39,812 nt of DNA from Minisyncoccota bacterium (lineage in GTDB: Bacteria > Patescibacteriota > Minisyncoccia > Phycocordibacterales > JAGLOS01): contig JAGLOS010000003.1 of NCBI GenBank assembly GCA_023137615.1, forward strand, positions 1-39,812, read 5' to 3'. The translations under genes were made by a program, and so were the position numbers. The notes beneath the pieces are model-generated. The model had not been told where the DNA came from. It made no database searches and worked only from the letters and a program-made list of their open reading frames with translations. Below, one piece after another: positions 36,725 to 39,812 of this stretch (position 1 is its first letter; every line of letters starts with the position of its first letter).

Positions 36725-37971
36725 TATAACTCTTTAATAAACTCTATAAGTGCTTGCGGTGACATTATCTGACTTTCTTCGCTGTTTCGGTTCTTTACCT
36801 CAACACCACCTTGATCCAGACTTTTCTTGCTTATAACAATTCTAATAGGAATACCAATAAGGTCAGAATCGGCGAACTTTTCTCCTGGACGCAATTGTCG
36901 ATCGTCCAACAACACGTCGACCCCGTTTTCCTGTAGTGATTCATATATCTGTTTTGCTTGCTGTTGTTGCGCAAGATCGATCAAATGCACATCAAACGGG
37001 GCAACGCTCTTTGGCCAAATAATTCCTTTTTCGTCGCTAAAAATTTCTACAATCGTTCCCATCAGACGTGGAATACCAATCCCATATGAGCCCATATATA
37101 CATTTTTTTCTTCTCCATTCTCGTCTTTATAGGTAAGCCCCAAAGCTTTGGAATATTTTTCTCCAAGTGTGTAGATATCTCCCACTTCAACAGATTTGGC
37201 CTCTTTAAAATTAAATTCTGTTTTCTTTAATCCAAAATCATCAAAAATTTCTTCTGAATAATCATCTTTGTTTATAGCGATCTTTTTATTCTCGTCATAC
37301 ATAATAATATCTTCACCGGCGTCTGTAATTGTTTGAAATTCAAAAGAATATTTTGAAAAGGAACCTCCCGAAGACATTGTAAGATAGGTTTGCTCGCCGA
37401 TTCCCGTCTTTGTAAAAATACTCATATATACCTCCTTCATTTTTTCATAGAACTTGTCATGCTCTTCTTTATCTAAAGAAAAGTCATACAGATCTTTCAT
37501 AAGAAACTCTCTTCCCCGCAAAATTCCGGATTTTGCCCGGAGTTCATTTCTGAATTTTGTTTGAAATTGATACGCGTAAACCGGCACATCTTTATACGAA
37601 GAAATATAATTCTTCATAATATTGGTGAGAACTTCTTCGTGTGTAAATGCCAGTCCGAGCTCTGTCCCGTTTTTCAAAGGAGTTTTAAACCAATCGTCTA
37701 CCACCTCATCATCCCATCTACCGCTTTTTTCCCAAATATCTTTTTGCTGAAGAGCGGTCATCTTCATTTCATGTGCGCCAATATTATTCAATTCTTCTCT
37801 AATAATATCTTTTATCCTCTCTATTACACGAAGTCCAAGCGGTAAAAACGTATACACACCCGCCATTTCTTTATGAATAAAACCGGCGCGAGTTAATAAT
37901 TGAGCGTTTTTACTGGATTCGTCTTTTGGAGCTTCTTTGCGTGTTTTTGTAAATAATTGTGATTGTAACAT
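36724..37971 (-). CDS. proS: prolyl-tRNA synthetase (no INS editing domain)
   Basis: LLTRAGFI, THEE, QTKFRNELRAKSGILRGREFLMKD, MGSYGIGIPR, GEKFADSDLIGIP. Confidence 0.95.
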   Translation of the reverse strand: MLQSQLFTKTRKEAPKDESSKNAQLLTRAGFIHKEMAGVYTFLPLGLRVIERIKDIIREELNNIGAHEMKMTALQQKDIWEKSGRWDDEVVDDWFKTPLKNGTELGLAFTHEEVLTNIMKNYISSYKDVPVYAYQFQTKFRNELRAKSGILRGREFLMKDLYDFSLDKEEHDKFYEKMKEVYMSIFTKTGIGEQTYLTMSSGGSFSKYSFEFQTITDAGEDIIMYDENKKIAINKDDYSEEIFDDFGLKKTEFNFKEAKSVEVGDIYTLGEKYSKALGLTYKDENGEEKNVYMGSYGIGIPRLMGTIVEIFSDEKGIIWPKSVAPFDVHLIDLAQQQQAKQIYESLQENGVDVLLDDRQLRPGEKFADSDLIGIPIRIVISKKSLDQGGVEVKNRNSEESQIMSPQALIEFIKEL

Positions 37972-38116
37972 TACCCCTCATAGTACCGAAGTTGAGCTGT
38001 AAAATCAAGAAAAGCAAAAATACCGCCCAAGCTCACGATCAAAACGGTTTTTATCTATGATCAAGAATATTCAGTATAAAATGTTATCAAAAAACGGCTG
38101 CCTTTAAAGACAATAT

Positions 38117-39232
38117 CTAAAACATTTTAACGACATCATGATATGTTATCATTATCATCAAAAAAATAAGGAAGAAAAAACCAAGAGAATTTAGCACATT
38201 TATAATTTGCGGTTGTATTGGTTTTCCTCTAAACGCTTCAATACCCAAAAAGAGCAATCTCCCTCCATCGAGTGCGGGAAACGGAAGAAGATTTATGATC
38301 CCAAGATTAATGGAAATTACCGCAGTTAACATAATAATGGCAACGGACCCACCGGCAGCGGCATCACCTACAATACCAAACAATCCAACCGGTCCGGCAA
38401 CTTCCTCAAAATTAGCTGACCCGGCAATAACATTCATCAAAAAAGAATGGAGTCCGCCCGCGATCCCGACTATCGCCGCACCGGTATACTTTGTTCCCTC
38501 CACCACCGCAGAACCAAATGACGGTAAAACAAGTGTTCCCACATCTTCAACAGCAACACCCAATATCGAACGACCAAGAGTCTCACTCATCTGTGGCACA
38601 ACATTTACGCTATATACATCTCCACTTCTTTTCTTATACTCAACGGTGATCGTATCTGTTGTATGATCGGCAACAAACTCCTGCAGATCGGCATTTGTCA
38701 TTTTAAGCAAGGTATCGCCTTCCGAGATCAAACGTGTTGGCAGATCACCAGACCTGATACCTGCTTCATAAGCCGCGCTTGTTTTAGCAACAGCAACGAA
38801 CATTGGCTGTGCATCCTCTATATACGCACCTTCCGGAAGAGTATTGTTCACAGAAGAAAGGATCCCCAAAGAAAAGGTCAAGATGATGAGCACCCATGCC
38901 AACAAAAAATTAAAAAAAACACCTGCAGACAAGACCGCTGCTTGTGTTAATTTTGATTTGTGTATGAAGCTCCTTTGAATATCCTTCTCCGATAGAGATC
39001 CTTCGTTGGGGGTTTCTCCAAATATTTTTACAAAACCGCCTATCGGCAAGAGATTAAATGTATATTCCGTTTCACCAAATTTTTTGCCGAATAATTTTGG
39101 CGGAAATCCAAAACCGAATTCATCCACACGGATACCGGACTTTTTTGCAACAATAAAATGCCCAAATTCATGGACAAGGATGATAACCAACAAAACAAGT
39201 ATAAATATCATAACATCTGTAATGACGATCAA
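38117..39232 (-). CDS. rseP: RIP metalloprotease RseP (M50, PDZ)
   Basis: HEFGH, LPIGGFV, AGVFFN, NLLPFPALDGG. Confidence 0.93.
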   Translation of the reverse strand: MIVITDVMIFILVLLVIILVHEFGHFIVAKKSGIRVDEFGFGFPPKLFGKKFGETEYTFNLLPIGGFVKIFGETPNEGSLSEKDIQRSFIHKSKLTQAAVLSAGVFFNFLLAWVLIILTFSLGILSSVNNTLPEGAYIEDAQPMFVAVAKTSAAYEAGIRSGDLPTRLISEGDTLLKMTNADLQEFVADHTTDTITVEYKKRSGDVYSVNVVPQMSETLGRSILGVAVEDVGTLVLPSFGSAVVEGTKYTGAAIVGIAGGLHSFLMNVIAGSANFEEVAGPVGLFGIVGDAAAGGSVAIIMLTAVISINLGIINLLPFPALDGGRLLFLGIEAFRGKPIQPQIINVLNSLGFFFLIFLMIMITYHDVVKMF

Positions 39233-39238
39233 TGTATT

Positions 39239-39790
39239 TTATAACATGATCTCGCGCTCTTTTTTCTTTCCATTGTCTTCCAATTGATCTCCCGCCTTGT
39301 CTATAATCTTCTGTAGGTCGTCCTTAAGTCGGAACTTATCATCTTCAGAAAACTCTCCCTCTTTTGCTTTATCTTGAATGTCATTCCATGCTTTTTCTCT
39401 TTCTTTGCGTATTGAGATCTTTGCTTGTTCAAGCTTTTCACCAACAATTTTTTTGAGCATATCGCGTCTTTCGGCTGTCAATTCAGGGAATGAAACACGC
39501 AGCCCCGAATCATCTACAGATACCGACACGCCGAGATTGGCGACAGTGATCGCCTTTTCGATCTCTTTTATCTGCCCTTTATCCCATGGTGTAATACGAA
39601 GTGTTCGTGCGTTTTCCGATGTTACACTTGCAACATGTGCGATCGGACTTTTGGTACCATATGAGTCAATCGATATATTATCTAGCAATGTCGGTGTCGC
39701 TTGCCCTGTGCGAATACTTAAAAATTCTTTAGTAAGCCACCCTTCAACTTCCATTATCTCTTTTTTTAAACTTGAAAAATCGTATGACAT
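39239..39790 (-). CDS. frr: ribosome recycling factor
   Basis: IRTGQATP, ITPWD, PELTAERR, AKISIR, SEDD. Confidence 0.96.
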   Translation of the reverse strand: MSYDFSSLKKEIMEVEGWLTKEFLSIRTGQATPTLLDNISIDSYGTKSPIAHVASVTSENARTLRITPWDKGQIKEIEKAITVANLGVSVSVDDSGLRVSFPELTAERRDMLKKIVGEKLEQAKISIRKEREKAWNDIQDKAKEGEFSEDDKFRLKDDLQKIIDKAGDQLEDNGKKKEREIML

Positions 39791-39812
39791 ATAATATGAA
39801 TTATGAATTAAG

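Noticed and set aside
35739-36737. 332-aa plus-strand ORF
   Set aside because: Antisense shadow of mreB with no recognisable motifs; the same applies to other antisense ORFs such as 3810..4295, 16653..17210 and 27211..27732.
1-39812. Alternative genetic code (UGA=Gly)
   Set aside because: Conserved genes are full length under code 11, and TGA serves as a normal stop (e.g. Clp ATPase, psd, murF-like).

Overview
A gene-dense, mostly minus-strand housekeeping region in the standard genetic code. The compact proteins (short DnaX, ProRS without an editing domain, TruB without PUA, short Rel) and the fragmented dcw cluster suggest a Patescibacteria/CPR (Parcubacteria-like) chromosome; this is inference. 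It carries dnaX, dus, a membrane-anchored Clp-type AAA+ ATPase, ftsQ-like, a degenerate SerRS paralogue, dprA-topA, a small AT-rich accessory block (PS decarboxylase, CYTH, P-loop kinase, Zn-ribbon membrane protein), xth, rel, parB, truB, a CaCA antiporter, SPFH, ABC-F, pcm, a pseudouridine synthase, rlmB, tRNA-Glu(CTC), mraZ-rsmH-ftsL-ftsI-murF-like, greA, mreB-mreC-mreD-like-pbp2, proS, rseP and frr. The most notable signals are: (1) a ~200-nt highly structured element behind tRNA-Glu carrying a direct and an antisense copy of the tRNA 3' end; (2) an intact SerRS ORF lacking catalytic motif 2/3 residues; (3) a Clp ATPase with N-terminal TM segments and a degenerate first AAA module; (4) many -10 boxes 6-9 nt from start codons (leaderless-type expression); (5) a uORF/attenuator ahead of the ABC-F gene; (6) DnaA-box-like ends on a palindrome beside the MraZ-box promoter; (7) REP/RPE-like palindromes and heptamer repeats. 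No integrase, transposase or CRISPR array was seen.
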